DNA from: a virus
Length of the DNA stretch: 64,000 nucleotides
Direction: 5' to 3' (one strand)
IMG/VR virus record: IMGVR_UViG_3300013113_000534
Span: 3,440 to 67,439 of that record
Notes under the pieces: model-generated
Told to the model about the DNA's origin: nothing
The model's input: the letters and a program-made list of their open reading frames with translations, nothing else
The model's database searches: none
Shown here: piece by piece, positions 37,904 to 48,510 of the stretch
Layout of the letters: each line of letters opens with the position of its first letter
How positions within the stretch are numbered: position 1 is the stretch's first letter
Made by a program: the position numbers and the translations under genes

Positions 37904-40900
37904 TTAATTTTCTCCAGTCAGTATCTTTAGTTCCCCTTTGAGAGTTGTTACGTCTCCACTCAACTCTTGCAGTTGAGTGGTTTGATCATCTATTGCTTTA
38001 TTCGCAGTTTGCCCTAATTTTATAATCTTTGCTGATATTGCTCCTATCTCTTTTGAAGCGTCTACATATCCTTCAAGAGAGGTGGCAGCTGCTCTCAGTT
38101 TTGCACTCGTTTTATTGATTCCATCTTGAATATCCTTAGCATCAAAAGCTACGGCGAAGTTTTCCATTTGAGTTTTTATTGCTTCTCCTTGTGCTTTCAA
38201 AGCATCCATCATTGCTTGATTATCTTTCAACTGCTGGGCAAATTTTTCTTCCGCCTCTTTCGTTGCAGCATCGATGAATTTCTGCATAACTTCTTTACTC
38301 TCGCCAACTACAGATAATCCCGCAGCGGCTGTTCTTTCGTCTTTCTCAAACTGTCCAGTTGTGAGTCCTCTTACAAAGTCCTGCCTTCCGGTATTTTGAA
38401 TTTTAGAGATATTCTCTTCAGCAAAATTTGCTAATCGAGCAAGGTCAGCATCTTTTTCTTCTTGAGTTGATGTATTAAAGCGGCTTCTAATCCTGTCTAA
38501 TTCTTTATTGAAAATTCCAATAAAACTAAGATCGGTCACTTCCCCTCGACCAGCTTTAGCCATATCAGATATTTGTTGCCCAGACCTCATTTTATCACGA
38601 GCAGCTATGATTTTTGCTCTTTCAGCTTCTGCCTTTGTAAGCTCACTTGCAGTTTCCATTTGCTTTTTGTGCATGAAAATAGCAGATTCTACTACCGTTG
38701 ATTTAAAGTCTGCGGAAGCTTGATCTAATTCTTTTTGGATGGCATCTTTTTCTTCTATCGTTTTTGCTCCAGCTAAATCAGCTTCAAGCTCTTGAACTAA
38801 AGCTTTTGCTTGACCCGTATCTCCGATTGCTTGAGACATTGCAAGATCTCTGCTGATAAGATTACTAAATTGGCCTTGTGTTGCTGGATTTCCCTCCATC
38901 AAACGCTGACCGACCTCTAGTCTTTGCCTCTGTTTAGAAATGTCGTCTCCTAATTTAGCGGCGATGTTGTTTTTTCTTTCTTCATCTATTAAAAGTTCTT
39001 TCTTTTTGATGTCGTTTAAAGTTTTCTGAATCCTTGCTGAATTTTTCATCAACATGCCAGTCTTTTTGGCAACTTTTTTATATTCTTCTTCAGCTCTCAA
39101 TCGCTCAGTTGAACCTTCTTTTGTGGAGGCTAATGCTTTGCCAAGCTGCTCTAGCTGCTGCGAAGTATCAAAAGCCGCAACTCCAGTCTCTTTGGCCAAG
39201 TTGCTTAACACGCTCTGAATATTTTTGTTCCCCACGTTCATACCGCCACTGGCATCGCCAACAAATTCTCTTTTCAAGGCCATCGCACGATTCTTGCCTC
39301 TCATCTCTGCGGTGGGTTTTGCTGCTTCCTCTGCAATCTTCCTAGCTTCTTCCTGCATTTTCGAAGCGTCCAAATATGCTTTTCCAGCGCCTAACGCAGC
39401 ACCAGCCGCTGCACCCATTGGCCCAGCAACCATTGCTCCAGCGGCAGCGAATTGTGTGATTTGGCTAGCTGCATCTGTAAAAGCTGCATCTTCAAGATTT
39501 CCCTTAGCTTCTTGACTTGCTGATATAGAACCAAGAGCTTGCCCAGCAATAGTAAGCCCTATGCCCCCTCTCATAGTGGGGGTTCTATTTGTAGCAACTC
39601 CCTTAACTCCCGCCGCTGCACCTCTAACGAATCTGTTTTGACCAAATCTTGAATTAGCAACACGAGAACCTGCGCTTCGAGTTGTTCGAACAGTCCTATT
39701 TATAAATTTTCCAGTCCTTGAATTGTTGAAACGTTGCCTACGTTGCTTCTTAGCGAGATCCCTAACTATTTTTTGATTATCTGCTTTGATTTTTTTAATC
39801 GGGTCTTTTTCTTTTCCGTCGCCTTCGTCTTTTTCACCCCCCATAGTTCCTGCCATTCCTCCCATCATCAAAAGCATCATAGGATCGTCCATTATTCCAC
39901 CCATAGACCCCTCATTGTATCTTTTGATTTTGAGGTTGGGCAATGAGCCTTTCGCGAAATTTAAACTATCAATTTGACTTGGCTTGGGTAGCTTACCTTG
40001 TGAGTTCCGCTTCCCGAATAGCTTTGATTGCACTGCTGCGAATTTCAGTTTATTTTTCCCAACACCATCTGGGTATCTTTTTTTAAACTCTGATTTAGTT
40101 AACCCTGATTCTTTCCTCTTAGAATGAACAGCTTCACTCATGTTTGAAACTCGAAATATCTTTCGAGCGGTATCTCCTGCCAAACTATTATTCCCTGATG
40201 CTTTCACCTCACCAGTCTTAGCTACATGCCTCCTAACATTATATAAACCTTTGAGTTTGCTTTGTCCCTCTAAATTTAAGTCGAAGGTAGATCCAGTGCC
40301 TTGTGAAACGAAATCGTCGAATGCTGAATCTGTCAATAAACTTCCTAACGCCAATTCTTGGATATTTCCCGCGAAAGCCTTATGGGTTCCTTTGTTAATT
40401 TGCGAAGAGAGCGCGGCTTTTATAGCAGATTTCTTCTTATCTGGCATGTCACCACCAGAAAGCCTTTTTGCTATTCTCAGTGCCTGATCGAGACTTGAAT
40501 CTCTTAGCCCGCTTAGTATACTATTAATATCCCCAATTCCTTTTTTATTTTTAGGAATTCCATATGTAGGAACATTGACTAAGGTTTTATTGGTTTCAGT
40601 CGGGCCTAGAGTTGGCTTACCAGCTTTTGATGGATCTTTCGGACTTCGACCCATATAAAACTTGTTTAGTTTATAGCCCGTTCGTGCGCCATGCAGCATG
40701 ATGAATCTTCCATCTCTGTTTAAAGCACCACGGCGTTGCCTTCTTGTTGGGCCAGAGCCTCTGTTAAATCTAGGGATTTGATCTTCGCGTAAAATCTCTT
40801 CTCTTCCATTAATGCGAACTTGCATTTCGGAAGTATTCATGACAGCAGGTTTGCCTCTAAAATTAGTAACATAAGGCGTTGCTCCTCTAGGAGCATCTCT

Positions 40901-42541
40901 AGCCTCATTCATCATGGCAGTCATCAAGTCTGGCTCCATTTCTCCTGCTCCTCCAGCAGCGAAGCGCTTGCCTCGCTTACCAGTGAAACCAGCTGCTCCA
41001 CTAAATCCTGTAACGCCTTTCGCAGCAGCTTGTTTAGCTATACTCCTTACTAGCTGCTCTTGCTGTGTAAGTAAGGTATTTTCTCTTTGAATGGCCGCGA
41101 TTACAGCTTGTTCTTTTTGAGCCTGTGTTGCTGTGGTGCTTGCAAGTGTCTTTCTTAAGTTAGCGTCTTTTTGTAATAACCCAACAATACCACCTTCAAT
41201 ATTCTTAATTCTTTCGGCAGCGGAACCCATCTGCATAACAGTCTTAAATCCTTCTTTAGCAAATTTAAAAACCGTTCCAAAAATTTTAGCAAAAGCAACT
41301 GTAAAGAGGGCTAACCCCGGCCCAGATAAGAATCCTCCAATAAATTTAAATAATCCCTGTATAAACTTATTACCTTTTTCTGGATCTAAGGCTCCATCAA
41401 GCATATCTGATAATTTAGTGGCAAGCCCGACTAAATTTTGTAAAAGAGGCCCAAAAGTAATGCCACCTAGTTTCGCCCCTAAGCTTGTAACAGAGACAAC
41501 AAGGGAATTAAGTTGAGCTGAAAGCTGCTCATTAAGTGCAATGTTTTTACTTGTAGCTTCATTAGTAGCATTAAAAGATTTTTCTGTAGCTTGTCCAAAA
41601 ACAGAAGCATCACTACCAATGTCTTTTAACGCAGCACTAACAACGTTAATCTGGAAAACTCCACCAGCGAGTTCTTTAATTTGACTTGCTACAGTGGGAT
41701 CTGTTATATTTTCTAAAGCTTTAGAAAGCGCTTGGAGTTTTTGAACCCCAGTCTGGGCAGCATTAATCTCAACTCCCAATGATTTAAGATCTTCAATAGT
41801 AGTTCCCCTGCTCAAGCGAGTAAAAATTGATTTAAAAGCGTTACCGATAACAGCTCCACCTCGCGCAGTTCTCTGCTCAACAGCAGTAATTAGCCCCAGA
41901 AGTTCATCAAAACTAACTCCAGCATCTTCAGCTGTAGACCCAGCTCGACTAAAACCCTCGGCAAGATCTTGAGCGGAAACAGCGAAAGCGGTATCAACAG
42001 CAACAATTTTGTTGACCACTTGCTCCGCACTAAGTCCAGCAGAGGTGAAACCATTCATAGCTGCTGTCAAAGCCTTTACAGACTGCTCTGCTCCCAGTCC
42101 AGAGATTCTGGTTAATATAAGGGCAGCTTCTAACCTTTTGGCACTTTCTGTAGCGCTCAAACCCTGCCTTGCAAGTTCAGCAGCGCCTTCAGCTACGGTA
42201 TTAAATGACTGCCCTGTAACTTTGGCTACTTGAAAAATTGAGTTTCTATATTTGTTAAACTCTTTCGCGCCAGCTCCCAAAATCGAATTAATTTCAACTA
42301 ATTTAGATTGAACGGTTATTGTAGTAGAGAGGAGGGCTTTAAACGATTGGTTTACCCCATTAATAACAGCAGTCGTTGCTCCGAACGCAAAAACACGGGC
42401 AGTAGAGGCATCTAGCGATTTTTGAAACTCAGAAGCTTGACCTGTAATCCTGCCTAAAGCTTGCTGCACCTGCTTTGCAGAGGCATTGATACTAGCTGGG
42501 TTTAGGTTTAAATTAGCATTAATATTTAGTGGAGCAGCCAT
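37904..42541 (-). CDS. tail tape measure protein (TP901-type) with internal cargo region
   Basis: AELARQG, AVDTAFAVS..AGSTA..GAVIGNAFKSIFTRL; long helical C-terminus; start moved to the Met at 42541. Confidence 0.9.
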   Translation of the reverse strand: MAAPLNINANLNLNPASINASAKQVQQALGRITGQASEFQKSLDASTARVFAFGATTAVINGVNQSFKALLSTTITVQSKLVEINSILGAGAKEFNKYRNSIFQVAKVTGQSFNTVAEGAAELARQGLSATESAKRLEAALILTRISGLGAEQSVKALTAAMNGFTSAGLSAEQVVNKIVAVDTAFAVSAQDLAEGFSRAGSTAEDAGVSFDELLGLITAVEQRTARGGAVIGNAFKSIFTRLSRGTTIEDLKSLGVEINAAQTGVQKLQALSKALENITDPTVASQIKELAGGVFQINVVSAALKDIGSDASVFGQATEKSFNATNEATSKNIALNEQLSAQLNSLVVSVTSLGAKLGGITFGPLLQNLVGLATKLSDMLDGALDPEKGNKFIQGLFKFIGGFLSGPGLALFTVAFAKIFGTVFKFAKEGFKTVMQMGSAAERIKNIEGGIVGLLQKDANLRKTLASTTATQAQKEQAVIAAIQRENTLLTQQEQLVRSIAKQAAAKGVTGFSGAAGFTGKRGKRFAAGGAGEMEPDLMTAMMNEARDAPRGATPYVTNFRGKPAVMNTSEMQVRINGREEILREDQIPRFNRGSGPTRRQRRGALNRDGRFIMLHGARTGYKLNKFYMGRSPKDPSKAGKPTLGPTETNKTLVNVPTYGIPKNKKGIGDINSILSGLRDSSLDQALRIAKRLSGGDMPDKKKSAIKAALSSQINKGTHKAFAGNIQELALGSLLTDSAFDDFVSQGTGSTFDLNLEGQSKLKGLYNVRRHVAKTGEVKASGNNSLAGDTARKIFRVSNMSEAVHSKRKESGLTKSEFKKRYPDGVGKNKLKFAAVQSKLFGKRNSQGKLPKPSQIDSLNFAKGSLPNLKIKRYNEGSMGGIMDDPMMLLMMGGMAGTMGGEKDEGDGKEKDPIKKIKADNQKIVRDLAKKQRRQRFNNSRTGKFINRTVRTTRSAGSRVANSRFGQNRFVRGAAAGVKGVATNRTPTMRGGIGLTIAGQALGSISASQEAKGNLEDAAFTDAASQITQFAAAGAMVAGPMGAAAGAALGAGKAYLDASKMQEEARKIAEEAAKPTAEMRGKNRAMALKREFVGDASGGMNVGNKNIQSVLSNLAKETGVAAFDTSQQLEQLGKALASTKEGSTERLRAEEEYKKVAKKTGMLMKNSARIQKTLNDIKKKELLIDEERKNNIAAKLGDDISKQRQRLEVGQRLMEGNPATQGQFSNLISRDLAMSQAIGDTGQAKALVQELEADLAGAKTIEEKDAIQKELDQASADFKSTVVESAIFMHKKQMETASELTKAEAERAKIIAARDKMRSGQQISDMAKAGRGEVTDLSFIGIFNKELDRIRSRFNTSTQEEKDADLARLANFAEENISKIQNTGRQDFVRGLTTGQFEKDERTAAAGLSVVGESKEVMQKFIDAATKEAEEKFAQQLKDNQAMMDALKAQGEAIKTQMENFAVAFDAKDIQDGINKTSAKLRAAATSLEGYVDASKEIGAISAKIIKLGQTANKAIDDQTTQLQELSGDVTTLKGELKILTGEN

Positions 42542-42555
42542 TGTAATTAAATACA

Positions 42556-43413
42556 CTAAAAGTCATCAGCAGTCAGCTTTCCTCCTTTTTGTGACATTTT
42601 AGCTCTAAGGTCAGAGATTCCTTCTGTTACTTTATCTTCCTTAGCTCCATCTTCTTTTGGCTGGAAGTTATACACCTTTACGGCATCTTCCCTAATATCA
42701 TCAGGAATATCAAGATTTTTAAGTTTATTTAAAAGGACGGAGGCGTAAGATAATAAACTTTTTTGCCAGATTGTTATTTTGTAAATATTTGTGTCAAGAA
42801 TCTGATTTGGGTTCCTATAATTCAAACAATATACATCAAAAAAGTAAGATTCATAAGCAAGTTTTAATAAATTCTCAACACTTGTTAGTTCTTGTATCCT
42901 TGAGTTAACCTCCGAAATTAAAAAAAATAAATCTTCCTCACTCACATTTCTCGTCATCTCCTTATCGTAAAAGAGGCTGAGACTTATTTCCTTATTAGCC
43001 CTTTTTCTTTTCCCAAGATTTTCAGCACTATGATTAGTGAACTGATTCTTTTTGGCTTCTAATTGAGCAAGCTGATCTACTTGTTTCTTAATAGAATCTT
43101 CAAAAGCTTTTCGAGCGTTGTTGTCTGATATTTTTGCAGAAGCTTTTTTTGACTTTTCAATCATCCATTTTAAGTCCTTCATTAAAGACTCTTCCTCTTT
43201 TGACCACCCTCCCCTTTTTATCGCTAACTCTAGAAGCTCATCCTTTCCTTTGATACCTTTTTTCTTGGCTTCAGTAATACAATCTAACTCAAACTCTTGA
43301 AGCTTCAAGCTATCATATACTCCAAAATGCTTGAAGTAATAATCTTTATACTTGTGATTTATTTTGCTATAACCACGCAGTATATCTAAAAGTAGTGAAC
43401 TTTCCTTGTTCAT
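42556..43413 (-). CDS. probable tail assembly chaperone
   Basis: immediately upstream of the tape measure gene, helical. Confidence 0.5.
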   Translation of the reverse strand: MNKESSLLLDILRGYSKINHKYKDYYFKHFGVYDSLKLQEFELDCITEAKKKGIKGKDELLELAIKRGGWSKEEESLMKDLKWMIEKSKKASAKISDNNARKAFEDSIKKQVDQLAQLEAKKNQFTNHSAENLGKRKRANKEISLSLFYDKEMTRNVSEEDLFFLISEVNSRIQELTSVENLLKLAYESYFFDVYCLNYRNPNQILDTNIYKITIWQKSLLSYASVLLNKLKNLDIPDDIREDAVKVYNFQPKEDGAKEDKVTEGISDLRAKMSQKGGKLTADDF

Positions 43414-44192
43414 TCATCACCGAAGACCTCTTTCATTTTCTCTTCGATCTCTTTTTGATTCGCTCCTAGCTTGTTATACCACAAATTAGCAACTCTAGCC
43501 AAAGTCTGAAAGGATAAATCAAAAATAGCTTTGTTGTCTAAAAGAGAAATGTCTTCAATATCTTCCTCCTCTTCACACAACTGTAAATAATGCTCTCTCT
43601 TCTCATTAAAATCGTCGCCCAAGAATAAAGGGAAAAGCTCTGTAGAATCATTTACTTTGTCTTCGTAATAAGAAAAGTTAAAGATGAACCACTCAATAAG
43701 CTTCTGTTCTGCTTTTGCTTCTGCCGTCTGGTTATATTGAATTTGATAGAACTGTTCAAATTCCGCTACAGTTCTTTGAGTTTCAGCAAACATCTCCTTT
43801 GCTTCTTCAAGCTTCTTTTTTTGCTCTTCATTCAGATCTTTCTGACCCTCATAAAATTCAATAACCTTTGCTGCTTCCATATTATCAACAAAAGCTTTAT
43901 TGATTATCTCACTACTCAGCTTAGAAGAAGAACCTCCTGAGTCGCCAATTTTGTTATTAAGCAGGAATCTTGTTAAATATCCAGCATTGATAAAATCATT
44001 GTACTGCTGTCCATAAAAGAACTCTGCATTTTCAATGTCAGCAAAAGAGGGTTTAGCGAAAACAACCCTATTAGAAACAGTTTTGGTCTTTGTTTTAAAG
44101 GTTTCTACGATTTCGCCTTTAGAATTTTCCTTATCTACGGAAACTTTTTGCTTTACTTTTCTCTTAATTGGGAATGAATACAGCTCTTTCAT
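43410..44192 (-). CDS. probable tail assembly chaperone
   Basis: between tail tube and tape measure genes; ATGA-coupled to the next gene. Confidence 0.5.
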   Translation of the reverse strand: MKELYSFPIKRKVKQKVSVDKENSKGEIVETFKTKTKTVSNRVVFAKPSFADIENAEFFYGQQYNDFINAGYLTRFLLNNKIGDSGGSSSKLSSEIINKAFVDNMEAAKVIEFYEGQKDLNEEQKKKLEEAKEMFAETQRTVAEFEQFYQIQYNQTAEAKAEQKLIEWFIFNFSYYEDKVNDSTELFPLFLGDDFNEKREHYLQLCEEEEDIEDISLLDNKAIFDLSFQTLARVANLWYNKLGANQKEIEEKMKEVFGDE

Positions 44193-44242
44193 AGACTTTT
44201 TACAAAACATTATCGTAAAAAAAACAAATATATCAACAAATA

Positions 44243-44629
44243 CTAGAAAATATATTCGATCCCAAGACTGGAATCTCCATGTTTTTCGAACTCAATGTAA
44301 TCAAAGCCAGTCGAACCAGTAATATTATTCGCGATCAAAACATCATTAATGAAATACGAATAAGTATCATTTCTTTTCATGTGAACTGAAATATCAAAGG
44401 GGACATTGGGAGAATAACCCCCAACAAACCTACCTGATTGATCAAAAATATACCCCACACTTCCAGAAAAAACAAAGCCACTGTTAAGTAATCCTGTGCT
44501 GCCTCCTTCTCCAGCAACAACATCTCCAGTCCCAGCAGCTACGGAGAAACCAGAGAAAGTGTCATCAATAGAAATATTTAAATTTGTAATTGATTCTTCG
44601 TAACCCGTAACTTGTTGGTAAACCTTCAT
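44243..44629 (-). CDS. small virion protein, TG/SG-rich
   Basis: 128 aa, GTGTA motif upstream. Confidence 0.55.
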   Translation of the reverse strand: MKVYQQVTGYEESITNLNISIDDTFSGFSVAAGTGDVVAGEGGSTGLLNSGFVFSGSVGYIFDQSGRFVGGYSPNVPFDISVHMKRNDTYSYFINDVLIANNITGSTGFDYIEFEKHGDSSLGIEYIF

Positions 44630-44645
44630 TCTTTATATATTACAC

Positions 44646-44680
44646 AAAAAAACAGCCCCACCTTTCGGTGAGGCTGCTTT
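44646..44680 (-). terminator. intrinsic terminator after the tail tube gene
   Basis: CAGCCCCACC-TTTC-GGTGAGGCTG flanked by A7 (T-run on minus). Confidence 0.75.
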
Positions 44681-44698
44681 GTGAGTTTTTTAGTGGGA

Positions 44699-45961
44699 TT
44701 AATCGCCAGCCCCGTTGAGGACTTTGATTGGCTGATCACTCTCTTTGTTTCCACCAGCTTTGCCACTGAAAGGTGTAAAGGTAGGAACAGCTCTACTCTC
44801 CTGTGGGAAGAAGAACAATCCTTGGGAAGTGGTATCAGCACCTCCAATTTGAGCAGAGAAGGTTAGATCAACAGTTTCGTTGTCATCAAGTCCTTGTGAG
44901 AAAGACTGATTATCAAGAACTGCTCCCTTAAGGACATACCTGAGCTGACTTCCCTTGCCGGGTTCTGTAATATCTAACGCAATATCAGTTTTATTGTTTT
45001 CAGCCGCTCCAGTCAAAGCATATTCAAGTGCGCCTGAAGCAAAGTCCCTAGTAAGAGAGCTGATATTCATAGTTACGTCAATTGGGAATTCAAGTAGTTT
45101 AGCGTAAGCTAACTCATTACCAAGAGCCTGAATAACTTCGCGAGCTAGTGGAAGTTCAATAGAAGCACTTTGAATAGGCAGAGCACTAAAGGCAGGGCCA
45201 CCAACTGGAGCGACACCATCTTCTTCGTCAGAGAAAGTAACGCTTACATCTTGAGGACGAAGAACAAGAGGAACGTCAGCTCCAGTGCTAGGAGCAGGAA
45301 GTTGAGTCGTTCCACTATGCGTTCTTACCCCCTCTAGATTCAATGATGGATTAAGGAGTCCAGAGTTAACTCCAGTATAGAAAACGATATTAGAAGCTTG
45401 CATTTCGACATCAGCCCTTGGGATTTCTCCAACGCTGAAGTTCGCACTGTAGCTAGAAAGGAAACAGTTTCCAAATCCAACAACATCATGAACATTTTCA
45501 TTGGCGACCATATCTGCGTTATCTGCCATTGCAAAAGCATCTTTTCCCTCTTCAACCGTTAAAAGATAAACGTTCCGCTCACTAAGAATAGGATCTTCTG
45601 ATAATTGACCAGAACACATTTGACCACTTGAAGCTGCTGCGTCTCGTTCTGATTTATGGAAACCAAGAGCTAATTCATTTTCTCCATCTCCCAAAAAGTA
45701 ACCAAAACTTAAAGTTGGATTGATTTCTTCAAGGTTGATGGTTCCGATTCGTGCTAATTGACCAAATTCTCTAACGTCTTGACGCGTTCCAGCAAGATCC
45801 ATTTCGAAGGAAAAGGTATCAAGACGATGAAGTTGATGAGCTGTAATCATACTTCTTCCAGTTACTGTGGTTCCAGCGGTGTGGTCATCATATATGCCCC
45901 ATCCAGTGGGAGATACATAAACTGCTTTATTTTGTGAAATTACTCTAGTTCTTGTAGCCAT
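44699..45961 (-). CDS. major tail tube protein
   Basis: RQDVREFGQL, IQSASIELPLAREVIQALG..FPIDVT, VDLTFSAQIG; followed by a terminator. Confidence 0.75.
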   Translation of the reverse strand: MATRTRVISQNKAVYVSPTGWGIYDDHTAGTTVTGRSMITAHQLHRLDTFSFEMDLAGTRQDVREFGQLARIGTINLEEINPTLSFGYFLGDGENELALGFHKSERDAAASSGQMCSGQLSEDPILSERNVYLLTVEEGKDAFAMADNADMVANENVHDVVGFGNCFLSSYSANFSVGEIPRADVEMQASNIVFYTGVNSGLLNPSLNLEGVRTHSGTTQLPAPSTGADVPLVLRPQDVSVTFSDEEDGVAPVGGPAFSALPIQSASIELPLAREVIQALGNELAYAKLLEFPIDVTMNISSLTRDFASGALEYALTGAAENNKTDIALDITEPGKGSQLRYVLKGAVLDNQSFSQGLDDNETVDLTFSAQIGGADTTSQGLFFFPQESRAVPTFTPFSGKAGGNKESDQPIKVLNGAGD

Positions 45962-45994
45962 TTTTGTAAAAAGGTTTACTTTAAATACACCGAT

Positions 45995-46873
45995 TTAAGA
46001 CCTTGGGAAACGATAGGTTAATAAATCGAAGTCCAAGAAAGCGATTGAGAAGTCCTTGTTTAGTTTTTCTCGCAGAGCTTCCGAAACAACTTTTGAAGCT
46101 GTAACACGATCAATATAAGAGCATAGAGGGTTACTCCCTTGATCTCCTACAATACCAGTATAGGTATAAGGAAAATCCTTTACAGAATAAGAATAAGCAT
46201 ATGGGAAGCTTTCATAAGGAATATGAGTTACCTTTTCTCTTACGGTATCTCTAAGTCTAGAAATAACAGAATCTAAAATATAAGAATCTTTAGTTAAAAT
46301 CATGACACGAACCCTACTTTCAGTGCTTTCCTCCCCACCAAATGCGAACTCTTCATTCTCAGAAGAAGCTAGAGAAACGAAACAAGCTGGAAGGAAATAA
46401 GCTCCTTTGTCTATAATTCCTGTCTCATTGTAAAAGTAAGGCGAATCTTGTCCATTTTCTAAAAAATCAGAATATACCAAAAATTCTACATCATCATCGT
46501 GAGAGATGTAAGTATTTACTTCTTTTACGGAATAGGTTCCAGATATGTTTAAATCAGTTCCAGAGGCTGCGGGGAACAAAAGTCTTCCATTTTGGTAATC
46601 AGTATAGACTCCTCCATTTGCGCTAGAATCTCCAGTAACAAAACCCCCGTCCACCATAAACCCAGAGTTTACAGTATCAATATCATAATCAGCGACCAGT
46701 TGACGATACTCGCCCTGATAACCAACCATATCAGCGGGAATATCATCAAAATCTACATAACGAAAATTATTGTCTAGCCCAGTAATATAAGCCTTAGTGT
46801 CAGACTTCAACAAACGGTTCTCTAACCATAAGTAAAAGCTGGATAATAAATTTTGATCAAATTGAGCTTTCAT
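45995..46873 (-). CDS. tail terminator/completion protein
   Basis: LPACFV..EFAFGG motif; gene order. Confidence 0.55.
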   Translation of the reverse strand: MKAQFDQNLLSSFYLWLENRLLKSDTKAYITGLDNNFRYVDFDDIPADMVGYQGEYRQLVADYDIDTVNSGFMVDGGFVTGDSSANGGVYTDYQNGRLLFPAASGTDLNISGTYSVKEVNTYISHDDDVEFLVYSDFLENGQDSPYFYNETGIIDKGAYFLPACFVSLASSENEEFAFGGEESTESRVRVMILTKDSYILDSVISRLRDTVREKVTHIPYESFPYAYSYSVKDFPYTYTGIVGDQGSNPLCSYIDRVTASKVVSEALREKLNKDFSIAFLDFDLLTYRFPRS

Positions 46874-46876
46874 TTT

Positions 46877-47503
46877 TTAAAATTTTATAATGTTTTTGTA
46901 AAACTTATCTACAAGTTTAGAGATGTAGGGTTGAGTTTGGAAGCTGGTGGATCTTAAATTCTTTAACACTTGTATCCCCGTTCCAGCTCTAGAATTGCCA
47001 ACACCTTTGCTTCTATACAAAAAAGAGCCAAGGTTAGACATTCCTTTTTCTATACCCTCTGCCCAGCTAGATCCACTAGCCCAAGGTAACTGGGAAACAC
47101 TAAAAAGCTCGTCTTGAGAAGGGGGGTTTGCGATAGATATCTTAAACCTACCACTAGATATCGCCCGAACTGTAATTACAAGTTTTTGTTTTAATATCTT
47201 TTCAATTCCTGCTGTTGGGTCAGACCCCTTATTAAAACCAATAAAAGAAAAAAGGTTGCCATAACCACCCAAGGAGCCAGAGCTATTTGATGCATTTGGC
47301 CCAGCTTTAATTTCTTTCGTAACAGAATGATTAAAAAAATCTTTAATTAAAGTTTTTTGTGCATCTTCAATAATAGGAACAACATATTTTCTTACTTCTC
47401 GCCCAGTGACCTTACCATTGTTACCAGCAGTCACTTCTTTGAGAAGTGCGGCCTTATCTATAGTTACTTGAAACCTCGTTGCTGATATAAATGCCTTAGC
47501 CAT
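46877..47503 (-). CDS. neck/tail completion protein
   Basis: gene order; GNLFSFIGF, QPYIS. Confidence 0.5.
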   Translation of the reverse strand: MAKAFISATRFQVTIDKAALLKEVTAGNNGKVTGREVRKYVVPIIEDAQKTLIKDFFNHSVTKEIKAGPNASNSSGSLGGYGNLFSFIGFNKGSDPTAGIEKILKQKLVITVRAISSGRFKISIANPPSQDELFSVSQLPWASGSSWAEGIEKGMSNLGSFLYRSKGVGNSRAGTGIQVLKNLRSTSFQTQPYISKLVDKFYKNIIKF

Positions 47504-47952
47504 TAGTTTTCTCGTTTAAGGAATACAGTATAGTATTGAGTCGAGAATGGCCCCACATTTTTAGCATCAGTATCCACGGTAAATAAAACATCATCAATTT
47601 CAATCCTAGTAGAATCCTTTACCTTATCGTAACCATCTGAATCAACTTTGATTCTCACCTTACCATGAGAAGCAGTTAAATTAAATTGCGCTCCACCATC
47701 TACTACAGACTCACCCTGATTTGGCGCGTAGCTGACCCTAGCTTGCACTGTATGCTTAACTAGCGTAGTTTGCGAACTCAACCTAGAGTCGTCCTTGGCC
47801 CTACCATACAGCGGGTTGTAGTTCAAATTAGCGGGTCTTGTAGTTACCTTCTTCTCAATGTAGACATAAATATCTCTAGCAAAAGTGTCGTGGACTTCGC
47901 CTAATGCACTTTGGATTGCTGACTTTTGAGTAGATGTAAGTAATGAAGCCAT
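47503..47952 (-). CDS. head closure/stopper-like protein
   Basis: 149 aa beta-rich, ends YYTVFLKR; gene order. Confidence 0.55.
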   Translation of the reverse strand: MASLLTSTQKSAIQSALGEVHDTFARDIYVYIEKKVTTRPANLNYNPLYGRAKDDSRLSSQTTLVKHTVQARVSYAPNQGESVVDGGAQFNLTASHGKVRIKVDSDGYDKVKDSTRIEIDDVLFTVDTDAKNVGPFSTQYYTVFLKREN

Positions 47953-48473
47953 TAAAATGTTCTGTAAGAGCTTGTAGATTGGTATGCGTCAATATCGTCA
48001 ACAGGATCAATCCCATCTCGGCCAAACACCTGCAAAGGAGAAGACTTATATTGATTATAGCGGCCAACTAAGTCATTTAAACGATCAGAAGTATCAACCT
48101 TCAATTCCCTATATGTTTTGGCAACAGAGTTTTTATTCTGTCTTTGAATGGTAGTGTCGCCCTCTTTTAGAGTTATCCAGTCTGTATCTCCTCCATAAGT
48201 GAACTCACGAAGAGAATCCCTAGAAGCTTTTTCGTAATAGTGGATTTCATAAAGGGTTGAAAAAATGTTTTCTTCAATCGGCAATAAACCTGAGCCAGTA
48301 GCAATTTCTATAGCCCCCGTATCATTAACATAAAACTCTTCATTAGTTAGGCCGTTAAGCTCGCCAATATTGGCCTCAAGCCAACCAGAAACATAAGACA
48401 CGGGAAATCTTCCAGTGTCATCTGGAAACTCGTAATTTACTATTTTTGTTGCTAGTGAGCCAAGATCATTCAT
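47952..48473 (-). CDS. head-tail adaptor-like protein
   Basis: gene order; LKEGDTTIQR. Confidence 0.5.
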   Translation of the reverse strand: MNDLGSLATKIVNYEFPDDTGRFPVSYVSGWLEANIGELNGLTNEEFYVNDTGAIEIATGSGLLPIEENIFSTLYEIHYYEKASRDSLREFTYGGDTDWITLKEGDTTIQRQNKNSVAKTYRELKVDTSDRLNDLVGRYNQYKSSPLQVFGRDGIDPVDDIDAYQSTSSYRTF

Positions 48474-48510
48474 TAAATAATCTTACAGCAAAACCAGCCT
48501 TTAGGGAATT

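Noticed and set aside
42556-44192. Programmed frameshift between the tail chaperone genes
   Set aside because: No clear slippery heptamer near the end of the first ORF; the second has its own ATGA-coupled start.
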